A stretch of DNA of 63,063 bases, counting the filler, from Octopus bimaculoides (lineage: Eukaryota): NCBI RefSeq assembly GCF_001194135.2. It is 4 parts of 3 records of this genome, joined end to end, with 100 filler letters (N's around TTAATTAATTAA, not from the genome) between each part and the next. Parts side by side here need not be neighbours in the genome. Positions count along the whole stretch, not along the records: positions 20,576 to 40,073 come from NC_068989.1; 3 more parts are not named here. The stretch is one strand, 5' to 3'. The notes beneath the pieces are model-generated. The model did no database searches, was not told the DNA's origin, and was given only the letters and a program-made list of their open reading frames with translations. Below are positions 25,304 through 38,165 of the stretch, one piece after another (within the stretch, counting starts at the first letter, position 1; each line of letters begins with the position of its first letter). A program made the position numbers and the translations under genes.

Positions 25304-27445
25304 GTATGTATGTATGTATGTATGTATGTATGTATGTATGTATGTATGTATGAGTGGAGGTGCAATGGCCCAGTAGTTAGGATAATTAAGGATAAAATCT
25401 TACGATTTTATGAAGTAGTCAGCATTTATAAATAATATCTAATACAAGTATATAGAATTACAATAATAAGGGCCTTAACAAGTAGGGCCACATACTGAAC
25501 GTAGACACCAAATGACGCTAAGATCTACAGCTATTTGCTCCATTAGCACGTATTTAAAGCGAGGAAAATGAACAAATAGGATTTATAAAATAAAGGTTAA
25601 GTTATACATCGATTTCGGGTTTAGAGAAATAAAAACTCCTGACCCTCTTCAGTATGGTGCGACCAATTGCACATAAGAATAAACATTTACACATACTAGT
25701 ACGAATACCACGTATCCATAGTCATATCCAAAAATGTTTAGAGGAGAATAAATTAGATTTACCTTGTATATAAATCTAATTGTATCCTCAGCTTGTGGCC
25801 CCTACCTGATAAAGCCATTATTATTGTAATTACATGTATATATATAATTATATATGCTTGTAATATATATACCTATCTATTCTGTTTATTTCTGTGTGTG
25901 CGTGCGTATGTATGTTTATGTGTGTGTGAATTTGTATGTGTGTATATAATATTGTATTAGAATGATATTTTGTTTCATAAAACAGATCTTTTTCACATAA
26001 ACAGCATAATCATTTCAGCAAAAAATGTTAAGTCTCCAGCGTAGAAGTCATAAATTTATGCTTCTGTTTCTTCTTATTTATTTAGATTTGTCCAACACGT
26101 GACCGATGAATGTTTGACATTTGGAATTCAATATGGCTGACTAAGATTTTGTTACTTTTTCAATAGAAACACGTGAAGTACTTTGGTCAAGTAAAAGGGT
26201 TCTGGGAGATAATGTCAGTGGTGTCAGTCCAACATCTTAGTGTTAATAATGGCTTTCTTTCATTGGGCATCGTGTATCTCGACATTTTCTTTCTAAATGT
26301 ATTCTAGGAACATACTGTATATATTAGATAGGAAATCAAATTAATCATACTTGGATGAAATATTTACCTATCAAGTAACTAACTTAAGTTAGAAATATTT
26401 ATTATAACGTCTGTTAGGGTAGAAGAACCGATTGTGTTAGATTGGCGGTGAAATTATCAGCTGTAATACATTGCTTTTACGGCTACCTCCCAATGTCTCT
26501 GAGTTGCGTTTCTCTTCTTTCTGTCAGAGGTCTATAAAATCTAGCGATGTACCGGGACTCTTTTGAATCAAATATACATCGTTTGTAACGAAAAACATCA
26601 TTATATGAACATCACTGAATAATATCACTGAGTTACTGCGGTTGTTGCTGTTAATAACGTTTCCGAAATTTTTACAGAAGACTGTTTTGTTGGAGATGGT
26701 ACATAGATTACATGAATCCCAGTGGTGAAAAAAATATTCATTCCATATTATTTACAACTGTTCCCGAACACATGTTCAGTTACATCACCAACGTCAACAA
26801 TAAATGACATACCAATTGTATATATTTTACAACGCCCTCTGTACATAAAAGCATTCATACAGTTGAGCATATGTAGTTGTATGGTAACATAAGAAGCTGG
26901 ACTATTCTTCAGAACATTTCATGGGCAGTCAACACAGGTTTTAATTGTTCGCTTTGCAACCACGAGCCTTCAAATTCAATTCCACTATATGACATTTTAG
27001 AGAAAATGTATCTTTCGTTAGCATTCAGATAACCTATTTATTTGGAGTGAAACTGGACTAGCAGAAATGCTGCATCGATAGTGCTATTACAATAGCTTAG
27101 ACATGCCAAACGCTTTCTCAAGCTGATTTTGCTGTAGATTTACGTTAAGATTACATGTATTGATGGAATACTCAGCCACTGCCACAACAGTTCAATGAGC
27201 ACGTGGTTCTACTTTTCGTCATCGTTCTGGGCCGCGCTGCGCTAATTAGTGGCTGTCCATAAATAAAATACGGAGTAGAAGCGCTAAGGAGTAATGTGTA
27301 TTAAAACAAACTTGTTACTAGCTTAAATATGCTAAAGGCATATTCAAACCCCTACGAAAGACATTCACTGCATTTAGTCCAGGAGACAATTCCTCACTGT
27401 AGACACATCTAGTCAGTTCGAAGCGTGCTTTAAGCATACATAGTT

Positions 27446-27759
27446 GCATGTGTTTCGGAGTTGTTATCTCCTCTTCAGCATTATATACCGTAAACGGGAA
27501 AGCTACGAACTGTCAAGAGATGATGGATGTCTCTTATTATGTTCCCGTCACCGGACTGTGACAAGTTTGTATTTATACACATCACTGATTATCGCTTTAC
27601 TCCATATCATATTTACAGCGAGCGACCGATTAGTTCAATCAGTCACAGGGCAATGATGGGAACATGAGAAGAGATATACATCATATCTCTTGTCAGTCCG
27701 TAGCTTTCTCGTTCCGGCATCTAATGCTGAGGAGGAAATAACCACCCCGATATGGATGC
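27446..27759. repeat. Diverged inverted repeat (MITE-like), arms about 115 bp
   Basis: 27463-27562 aligns to the reverse complement of 27642-27742 (e.g. GAAAGCTACG.ACTG.CAAGAGAT). Confidence 0.85.
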
Positions 27760-28011
27760 ATCTATCAATCTTGTTAGAAGATGTTTCGAACCGCGTTGAT
27801 GTCATACACTTATTTCTCAAGAGCGAGGCATTTTCTCCAGGACGAAATATAGTGAATAGCTTGCTTAAGTGCTTGAATATGTCTCAAACATATTTCAACT
27901 GGTAATAGCATAGCATTTATACACAACATTGCTTAGCGCTTCTACACTGCGTGTATATATATATATATATTTATAAAAAGAAAAGTAGAATGAAAAAAAC
28001 TACAGAAGATT

Positions 28012-28524
28012 TGTATTATATGGTTAAAAAACATATCAAAATCTTCATGTTAGGAAAATGATATAAAGTTTTGTGTATAGTGATACTGTTTTCGGAGAAA
28101 TAACAGATTTCGCATTTTCTTTTCAAATTTCTCAAATTTTTTTTACCGATGTTGTGTCATGTATTCGTTATGGTGTGGTGTAGAAGAGTTCAAAACAGGT
28201 GGAGGTAATCAGGATTTTTTTCGGTATAAGGGAAATAATCAAAAATGTTCGGAATGATTAGGTTTTGTTAATTTAACGTGATTCGCAACATTCCCAACAT
28301 TTTTGATTATCTCCCTTATACCGAAAAAAATCCCTCATTACCCAACCCTTGTTTCGAACTCTTCTACATCACACCATAACGAATAGATTACACAACATCG
28401 GTAAAGAAATTTGAAAACAAAATGCGAAACCGGTTAATTCTCTAGAAATAATATCGCTATACACAAAATTTTATATCATTCTCCTAACACGACGATTTTA
28501 ATATATTTTTAACCATATAATACA
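28012..28524. repeat. Long fold-back element, arms about 240 bp, spacer about 32 bp
   Basis: 28012-28256 is the imperfect reverse complement of 28289-28524. Confidence 0.92.
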
Positions 28525-28596
28525 TGTCGGCGTGTGTCAGTATGTAGGCATGTATGTATGTATATATATTAATATATACATATATATATGTACATG

Positions 28597-28669
<73 letters not shown>

Positions 28670-29242
28670 NNNNNNNNNNNNNNNNNNNNNNNNNNNNNNN
28701 NNNNNNNNNNNNNNNNNNNNNNNNNNNNNNNNNNNNNNNNNNNNNNNNNNNNNNNNNNNNNNNNNNNNNNNNNNNNNNNNNNNNNNNNNNNNNNNNNNNN
28801 NNNNNNNNNNNNNNNNNNNNNNNNNNNNNNNNNNNNNNNNNNNNNNNNNNNNNNNNNNNNNNNNNNNNNNNNNNNNNNNNNNNNNNNNNNNNNNNNNNNN
28901 NNNNNNNNNNNNNNNNNNNNNNNNNNNNNNNNNNNNNNNNNNNNNNNNNNNNNNNNNNNNNNNNNNNNNNNNNNNNNNNNNNNNNNNNNNNNNNNNNNNN
29001 NNNTATATATATATATATATAAGTAAAAACGTTCAAACAATGAGATTTGAAATCAGATGTCACTACTGTTCATATCATCTGTGGATAAATTTTAAAATTG
29101 ATGATATCACCAGCAGTGACAGAGATGGATCGCAGGCGCAATAGCATTGAATAGCTATGAATTATTAATTTGCACGAAGCGTAATGATGCTTAACAAGCA
29201 TCTACCTGCTAGAAATAAGAGCTAAAATCTTAAATCAATCCA

Positions 29243-29457
29243 CCGTAAGGTAGCACAATCGTTAGCGCACCGAGTAAAATGTGTAGCGGCATTCCATCCT
29301 TTTGTAAGGTCTGAGTTCAAATTCAATCGGGTTGATTTTGTTTTTCATTTCTTCCGGGGGTTGATAAAATAGGTACCAGTTGAGCACTGTCTTCGTTGCA
29401 ATCACCTTAATCTCTCCTCGGAATTTCTAGCCTTGTACCAAATTTTGAAACCAATAT
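29243..29457 (+). mobile_element. Old SINE family A copy
   Basis: AATCGTTAGCGC..CTGAGTTCAAATTC..GGGGTTGATAAAATAGGTACCAG..GCCTTGTACC. Confidence 0.7.
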
Positions 29458-31570
29458 TCCTCCTAACATTTTTCTAAAGCAAAGTAGCACATGGTGTGTA
29501 TAAAATTCCAACCTCCTTTCTTCACCTTTTGCTTTTATTACTCGGCGTCAACGATCCCTTGATATGAGGAAAGTGACTATGTTTGCCTTCGAATAAAACA
29601 TACTTAACTCGGAATAAAACTTATCTTACCGTAACATATTAACCTTTTGGAACAGCGTAAGTGTCTGCTGTACGTTAGAGGAAATGCATTTTTTTTTTCA
29701 TGTTAGATGTATGTTTTAGAATTATAATTCGATATGTCAGCAATTATCTCTCAATTGGTGGAATAATATAAGTAATCTTTGCATCTACAATGAGCATGAT
29801 AAATCGTGTAAAAAGAAGATTCATTGGTGCTTTACTAAAAATTCTGTCTTAGTTTCTAATCTAGGTTCCAAATATATTTGAGTGGCATTGATAGTACCGG
29901 TCTCTGTATTTGCAATATCTAAATCGCGGTTAATGAGATATGATTGATTTTATAGAATATTAAGAAAATATATTCAAACAATGTGTCAATAATTATTTCT
30001 ATAAGTCCTTAGCTGTCCAATTGATTCTGAACATATTCTACTGAATACATTAACGATGATATCAATAAAATTATTTTGACAAGGTTAATTTTTGATAAGG
30101 TCATTCTTGACAAGTTTGTAGTTCAAAAGTATAATCGATGGTCAAATATTTGATATGACCCGCACTACCGATATCGACAGAATTTCAAACGTGGAAGACT
30201 ATGAACTGTGAAGCCTTGAGAAGCTGCTTACCAGTAAGGTCCCATTTTTTTTTATTCCTCACTGAGCCATAAACTTTTCAATCGACCTTGCTATTTTTAC
30301 TATATCATATGTTTTATTCTCTTCTCATTCTCTTGGCTATTCCACTCATAACGATTTACAATAATAAATGATCCAAATGTATGAAATTATATCCTAGGCA
30401 AGTTGTTCAACTTTGAATAGCAAACACTACAACAGAAACAATTGGTGATTCATTAGTAATGTTAATAATGTGTTGAAAACAATTTCCGGTAAGATCTGAT
30501 AACAACCTCTTCCCTGGGATGTATCTGAAATCGATATTTCAAAGCAAAAATACTCGTAAGATAATGTAATTGTAGAGTTGGCTGGAAACACATGTGCCAA
30601 GGAAATAGCAATTAATTGTTAGAAATATATTTCAATATCATGTGCCTTTATAAAATCAAAGTTTCTCCTATCTTTTGACATGAATTGTGGGAACACAAGA
30701 GATAGAATAAATGCTATATCCGGTATTGAAAAGAAAAGAAAAAAGAACGTTCAATTGGATTAAAACATCTGATATTTTGATAAGTGTTCATTCTGATACA
30801 AAAAGGATCAAATCGCAGAAATCTCATAAAACAAATAGGATTTATTTTGAGATGATTGATACGATAACGAAAGGAAAATTGAGTTTAAATGTATATACAG
30901 TGCAAAATTTAAGTATGACAATAAATATCTCTCTCCAATCAATATAACAAAACTATAACATTATCGTTTGTAAGATGTTGGGTTTAATAACATAAGAAGC
31001 AAAAGAATTAAAAACTTTGGTTAAATACGATAAACTTCAGTGTCAGCTTCTGATAAAACAGCGGTGAAAGAAAGCGTTGTCACATTGACGTCTTTATTAC
31101 CAATATTACAAAAGTCCCACCAAGAACTTGGCTACAGATGCGAGAGTTGAACCCAAGTTGCAGTTTCGATACCAGAAAGGGTCTATTTATTTCCAGTAAT
31201 GTTTGCTAATGAATTAGACAAAGACTTTGATTCGTACAGAATCTCCTTTCTCCGTTTATACGAAATAAGATAATGTTTATTACATAGATCTACATCATCT
31301 TTCTCCATGTTTGTTTTATACGTATATTTTAGCCATAATGAAGCAAGTCACAATAACATATGAGTGTGTATGTGTGAGTGGGTATGTGTATACATGCACA
31401 CACACACATATATATACATACACATGTGTATATGCGTTTATTACAGGTTCAAAACAATACAGTTACACGTGCCTTAATATTCCGTTATATGAAATATAAT
31501 CACGTGTTAAAATAGATGCCTCTTTATCGAAACATTTTCAAATATTTAACTACCAGGTGAATTTCCATCC

Positions 31571-31656
31571 ATATTTACCTAATAATCATATTTTCCAATC
31601 ATATTTACCTAATAATATTTACCTAATAATATTTACCTAATAATATTTACCCAATA
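31571..31656. repeat. 14-bp minisatellite ATATTTACCTAATA
   Basis: Four tandem copies at 31601-31656 plus one at 31571-31584. Confidence 0.9.
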
Positions 31657-32274
31657 CTCATTAAATAGCTCAGCCTGTATTAAGAGCGAATTTTCTCCAC
31701 AAGAAGAGCAAAAGAGTATCACCTGTTTCAGTGTGGACGAGTGACGCTATGCATTCTGGTTAATCATTTTGCAATAATTTCGAGATTGTTATCCTTCTGA
31801 TCTTGCAAAGAAGAAATATATCTTCAAATGGCTTCATATACTGAAGATTACTGATTAATATGATTTACACAGTAGAGCTTACGACATACAGGTTTAATAT
31901 GTCGTTTAATGGTAGCAGTTTCGAGGAAGAACTTGGTCTTTTGGATTCTTGCAATACAAGGGAAAAGCCGCAAAAGAAGAAAAAAAAGCTTATTTATCAA
32001 TATTCTGAGGGTTCATGTATTTTCAAATATACAAATATTATTCTTTTCTGTTCTGAACGTCCCAATTTATTTCTAATCCTACATACACATACACATTATT
32101 CTATCTCTACTCTATTTAACGAAGTTAATGACTCCGGCTCTTAGATCATTCACGAAAGACCTTCATAATTTTTTTATGGCCAAAGTACTGTATTTCTAAA
32201 AGTGTCCCAATATTTTCTTACCGATTACTCATCATTAACAATTGCCCAAAGTTCTTATATCTTAAATTATTCAA

Positions 32275-33175
32275 GAAAGGTCCGTCTGACAGCACGTACG
32301 TGCCTGTAGAGTTTATCTTGAACCGGCAGTACTAACCGGTGGCACTAACAAGCAAGGGATTTCTGGAAGTTATCCATCGTCCCCAGCTCGAAAATCCTCT
32401 TGAACAGACTGGTTAGTTCGATTTCGTCAACGCCAAGTGTGTCACCAAGTGCGTCATCGCTCTTTTCCTCCACTAGAGAACTCTATAGAACTCAAGTGTG
32501 GATGTTTCACTGGATCGCATTGTCCGCCTGGTAGAGGACAATGAGTGCCTGGCAAAATTCCAGATGCCAGTCATCCTTCCTTGGTTTCTTCTTGACCCAG
32601 GACTACAGCTCAATCAAGGAGACGAGCTGTGGAAAAGATTGTTCACCGTTTAGGCAGAATATCTTGAGATGCCGCAGCCTCAGCACATGTCTACACATCA
32701 TTAGCCGTGGCATGCCCAGCTCTTCGTGTAGAGGGCGTTGAACCGCCTCACCAATGGAGCCTGTTCCCTCCATAGAATTTGAAGAGTAGGAATTCTAATT
32801 TGGCGTGGCACGATCGGGGACAATGCACGACGGTCAAGCAGTAGTCAACAACGGATGCGATGTACGCATTCGCCACCTCCACTCGACCTTTCAGTGATAG
32901 TTTCCTTTCAACTCAATTCCTAGGTGAGACTGGCTACCCTGCTCGTCACCTCATCCCAGTTCTTATCCACCCGGAGTTCTGATCCGAACCAAATCCCAAG
33001 CAGCTTTATCGGTCCGTCCGTCTAGCGCTCAACGACGCTGTTGGACAGCATGGATTTGCCTCTCCAGGTGCCGAGTTGCAAACCCACCGATTTTTTCCGG
33101 TTAAGTTTTGCTCCCCTCAACTTTACATATTCCTCCAATGATGTACCGACCACCTCGTCGTTCTTATCGATGCTG
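32275..33175 (-). mobile_element. Tx1/L1-like LINE ORF2, RT C-terminal fragment
   Basis: LEEYVKLRGAKLNRKKSVGLQLGTWRGK..DGPIKLLGIWFG..RKLSLKGRVEVANAYIAS..MDNFQKSLA; stops and frameshifts. Confidence 0.85.
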
Positions 33176-33776
33176 CTGGTATTGGTTTTGTTGTTGTTGC
33201 TGTCGTCAATTTTGCTCTCGTTGTTGTTGTTATTGTTGTTGCTATCGCTACTGCCTCTACTGTTGATTTCTTTTTCGTGGCTGTTGCTGCTCTCGCTACT
33301 ACTACTGCTGTGACTGCTGTCAATGTTGTTGCTGCTGCTGTTGTCATTTCTACCGCTGTTAGTGTTTCTGCTACTCTTGTTGTTACAGTTCGTTGTACTT
33401 TGTACCATGTCAGTCTTGTTTTTCTCCTCCTCCCTCTACCCTGTATTGTTGCCTGTGACAGAGGGAAGGAGAGGAAAGTCTTCTTCTATTATCGTATTGG
33501 TAGGAGGGTTTGTTTTGTTTTTCCTCATACTTTCAAGACGCGTTCTGCCACCTGGTTGAGCTGAATTGATTCCATTAAATTTTGACGCCCAACGAATTAA
33601 TTTGGTGGGCCGAAAATAGCCCCTCTAGGGGCTACACAACCATGTTCCTGGTACTTCAATTCACAACTTGGAATAAAATAATTTTTGCAAAAAGACACCA
33701 AACCTGTTGTAAATAAATACTTTGAAATGAACTTACTTGGAGCGTTCGAAAACACGTCCAATGTGTTCAGCAACAA

Positions 33777-33822
<46 letters not shown>

Positions 33823-33826
33823 CATT

Positions 33827-33973
33827 TGTAATGGAAGTACAAGGCCTCAGATTTGGGTGAAGGGATTAAGCCGTTTACATCGGCACCAGTGCGACCCCCA
33901 AGGTTGGAAACGCAAACTCAACCTCGGCGGAATTTGAACCCAGAACGTAGCGGCAGACGGAATATCGCTCAGC

Positions 33974-33975
<2 letters not shown>
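33827..33975 (-). mobile_element. SINE family A, partial, internally deleted
   Basis: CTCGGCGGAATTTGAACCCAGAACGTAGCGGCAGACG; bounded by (AAT)n. Confidence 0.75.
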
Positions 33976-34036
<61 letters not shown>

Positions 34037-34735
34037 GGAGTGCGTCAAACAGTAGTAAACATGCATACATACAGACACATACATACCGACAGAGAGACAT
34101 ACTCATACGTACATACGTACATTCATACATATATTACAAACATACATACGTATATATACATACGTACATACATAGAAAGCGGAAAACATGCACATACATA
34201 CGTACAGACTGCTACATACATACACACATACATACATATATGTATGTATACATATATAGATACATAATTTAATTTATATAAGGGCTTTACCATACAATAA
34301 CGCCTCACGCTTAGAGGGATTCCATAAGTCAAAACTACCAAAACAAGATATATAGATACATAAATACATACATATATGTATGTATGTACATTTCCATATT
34401 CATGCTGTTCCAAATTACTAATCATTTTATTCTCTAATTAATTGTCATTTCATTATTTTCATTGGTTCAGTCATTGGATTGCGGCCATGCTGAAGCTCTG
34501 CCTTCCAATAGTTTAGTCGATCGTTGCAGTTTGGTGTTTGATATACTGATCTATGTGTATCGAACCGCTTATTTATGTTTTGTTTTTGACTTAAATTAAT
34601 GATGAAAACCATTAGGTTGTGACTGAATCGATTTCGAGTTGCGGCAAACAGAACGGAAGACAAATATGAACATACGAATCTCACACACACATGTTTAAAT
34701 AATTTCAAGCTAGCTCATCGCATACATATATGGAT

Positions 34736-34819
<84 letters not shown>

Positions 34820-35348
34820 GTACACAGACGCACGTACTGTTGTGTGTGTGTCTGCGTGTGTGTATGAGTGTGTGAGTTTCGGGGGATATATTCCCTGGGC
34901 GGATACTGTGGTAGCTCTGTTATTTTCTAGTTTACGGCTGATTGCATCGATTAATATTTAAAATCTATGACTACTAGGAATTGCCAATCTCGCTGTAAAT
35001 TCCTTCGATTGGTAATTCCGTGTTCGCCTCACTGGATCTCGAGTGTATTTAGAAACATGTTTACAAAAAGATCACATTTCAGATTCAAAACAACCTCCAC
35101 TCACTTCCATTTGAACCCTAACCAATAAGGAACTATCAGAACTCAGATCGCTTCGAGACAAGGTGGTAAAATGACTTTGAACGAAGCTGCACAGAAAATT
35201 ATGCCCGGTTGCATATGCAACTGCTCATACTCTATGCTGTGGAAACACGTGTAGGTCATCGAAACAGTAAAGATATGCTGTATGACATTATAAGTTAAAA
35301 GGAAATACATTTTGAAGTTGAACCATAGTCTCCATATTCTTTATAGTC

Positions 35349-35393
<45 letters not shown>

Positions 35394-35592
35394 CGTGCGC
35401 GATAGATTCTCGCAACACTTTCCATCAAGTTTCACTTATAAGGCCTAGGCCAGCAATATAATGCACTCGTCCAACTTCACCTGGAGTGGGATCGAAACTA
35501 GATGCATATAATTCCACAGCAACCTCCTTAAAGACACGATCTTACCTGGACACTTATTGTTAATTTTCTAGAGATTAAATCAAAATTATGAA

Positions 35593-35753
35593 GTGCAGGA
35601 GTGGCTGTGTGGTAACAAGCTTGCTTCCCAACCACGTGGTCCTGGGTTTAGTCCTACTGCATGGCAACTTGGGCAAGTGTATTCTACTTCAGCCTCGGCC
35701 CGACCAAAGCCTACTGAGTGTATTTGGTAGATGGAAACTGAAAGAAGCCCGTC

Positions 35754-35847
<94 letters not shown>

Positions 35848-36053
35848 ATTTGTGTGTGTGTGTGTGTGTGTTTGTCCTTCCACCATCGTTTGACAACCGA
35901 TGTTGGCGTATTTACATCCCCGCAATTTAGCGATAGAATAAGTACTAGGCTTACAAAGAATATCTTGAGATCGATTTGCTTCACTAAAGGCAGTGCTCCA
36001 GCATGGCCACAGTCAAAATGCCTGAAACTAGTAAAAGAATAAAAAAATAAAAG
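35593..36053 (+). mobile_element. CORE-like SINE family C, full length with expanded (TA)n(TG)n
   Basis: Head, CTTGGGCAAGTG, internal microsatellite at 35755-35870, tail GGCAGTGCTCCAGCATGGCCACAG..AAAAGAAT. Confidence 0.9.
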
Positions 36054-36377
36054 AAATAATTGAAAACTATTATTACCTCATTCAACCAAAAACTGCAGCC
36101 TATGGTATTAAAATAGGTTATCAGTATATATTTACATTTCTGCTTAGGTGTCTCCATATTTAACTCCGCTCACTTCACGTGATTAACTTGGTGGTAGGAT
36201 AGGTTTTAGGTGTCTATCATTGTTTACACTACTCTATTCTCAATACTGTGTTCTACCTATCCTATCATATTTTCAATGCTATGAAAATAGAAATGTGTGT
36301 GTCCCATATATTTCCTCATTTGTGAAAATATATGTATTATTATGAATAATAGCCAACGTTAAAGAATAGGATTGTGA

Positions 36378-36422
<45 letters not shown>

Positions 36423-37866
36423 ATGTATGTATACTTCGTACTTTATTCATCGGAAATAACAATATACAAGGTTTTGACTGAAATACGCTTTAGTACATTA
36501 AATATAGAATCATTGAAAACTAGTAACATAAAGTGCTAAAACAAATTACGGTCGGTTTTAATTAACATTCAGTAGATCTATATACTGTGTAGGCGTTTCT
36601 CCGAATACATGTTATTTTTTTATTATTATTATTAATTATCCTGTATTTTGACAGACAATAGATTCTGACGTTATATAAGACCAGTATATTCTATTTCAAA
36701 AACCTATTATTGGAATAAATCGAAGATCAAAGAGCAAGAACACCAAAGCGAATGGATAAAAAAGAATTTAATATTTTTATTTTTTTATTGGAAGATGAAC
36801 CGATTCTTATTAAGCTAGGCCCCATTCGTTCATGAACAGTTGTGCATTTTCATAAGATAGAAAGCAGTTTGCTGACTGTGCATATGCATACGGATCATGC
36901 AACTTCAAAACGATGAAATTTATCTATATTCTTTTGTTTCTATCTGAAATATTGATTTTTAACATAGACACAGTCCTCAGTCTTGGGAAGAGAGATATCG
37001 ATGATAACACTGAGCTCAGTCATAGTTTTGTTTTATCGACCAGAGACGGATATAAGCCGAAGTTGACGTAAGCAGTATTCTAAATCAAGATTTAAAGAGG
37101 TATCAGTAAATACCAGAATACACTGCGTCCACTGCTGTAACAAACCTGTCAAACAGTACAACAATTTTTTCGTGTGTCTAAGATACCTTTTTTATAAGAT
37201 TTCGTCATGAATGTTCATCATGATGTGTAGCCTGTTATATTATAATTTTCAGAAAACAGTTAAGCTCATTGTGTTCTGAGGCTTTCTGAAAGTGATGTAT
37301 CCCTACTGAATTAGAAATTTAATAAAAACATCAAACCCTAATGAATATAATCGACTACGTTGGAGAATGTTTAATATATATATATATATATATATANNNN
37401 NNNNNNNNNNNNNNNNNNNNNNNNNNNNNNNNNNNNNNNNNNNNNNNNNNNNNNNNNNNNNNNNNNNNNNNNNNNNNNNNNNNNNNNNNNNNNNNNNNNN
37501 NNNNNNNNNNNNNNNNNNNNNNNNNNNNNNNNNNNNNNNNNNNNNNNNNNNNNNNNNNNNNNNNNNNNNNNNNNNNNNNNNNNNNNNNNNNNNNNNNNNN
37601 NNNNNNNNNNNNNNNNNNNNNNNNNNNNNNNNNNNNNNNNNNNNNNNNNNNNNNNNNNNNNNNNNNNNNNNNNNNNNNNNNNNNNNNNNNNNNNNNNNNN
37701 NNNNNNNNNNNNNNNNNNNNNNNNNNNNNNNNNNNNNNNNNNNNNNNNNNNNNNNNNNNNNNNNNNNNNNNNNNNNNNNNNNNNNNNNNNNNNNNNNNNN
37801 NNNNNNNNNNNNNNNNNNNNNNNNNNNNNNNNNNNNNNNNNNNNNNNNNNNNNNNNNNNNNNNNNN

Positions 37867-38165
37867 GGATTTGGTAGACGGAAACTGAAAGAAGCCCGTC
37901 GTATATATGTATATATATATATATATGTGTATATGTGTGTATATGTTTGTGTGTCTGTGTTTGTCCCCCCAGCTTCGCTTGACGACCGATGCTGGTGTGT
38001 TTGCGTCTCCGTAACTTGGCGGTTCGGCAAAAAGAGACCGATAGAATAAGTACTAGGCTTACAAAGAATAAGTCCTAGGGTCGAGTTGCTCGACTAAAGG
38101 CGGTGCCCCAGCATGGCCGCAGTCAAATGACTGAAACAAGTAAAAAGAGTAAAAAAAAAAAAAAA
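37867..38165 (+). mobile_element. CORE-like SINE family C, head lost in the gap
   Basis: Colinear with the 35593 copy, ending in an A-rich tail. Confidence 0.9.

Noticed and set aside
26527-26750. Cys-containing open frame (DSCNLCTISNKTVFC) like an LRR N-cap
   Set aside because: No LRR repeats follow, and there is no start codon or splice context
31571-31656. CRISPR-like array
   Set aside because: Tandem 14-mers without unique spacers, in a eukaryotic context
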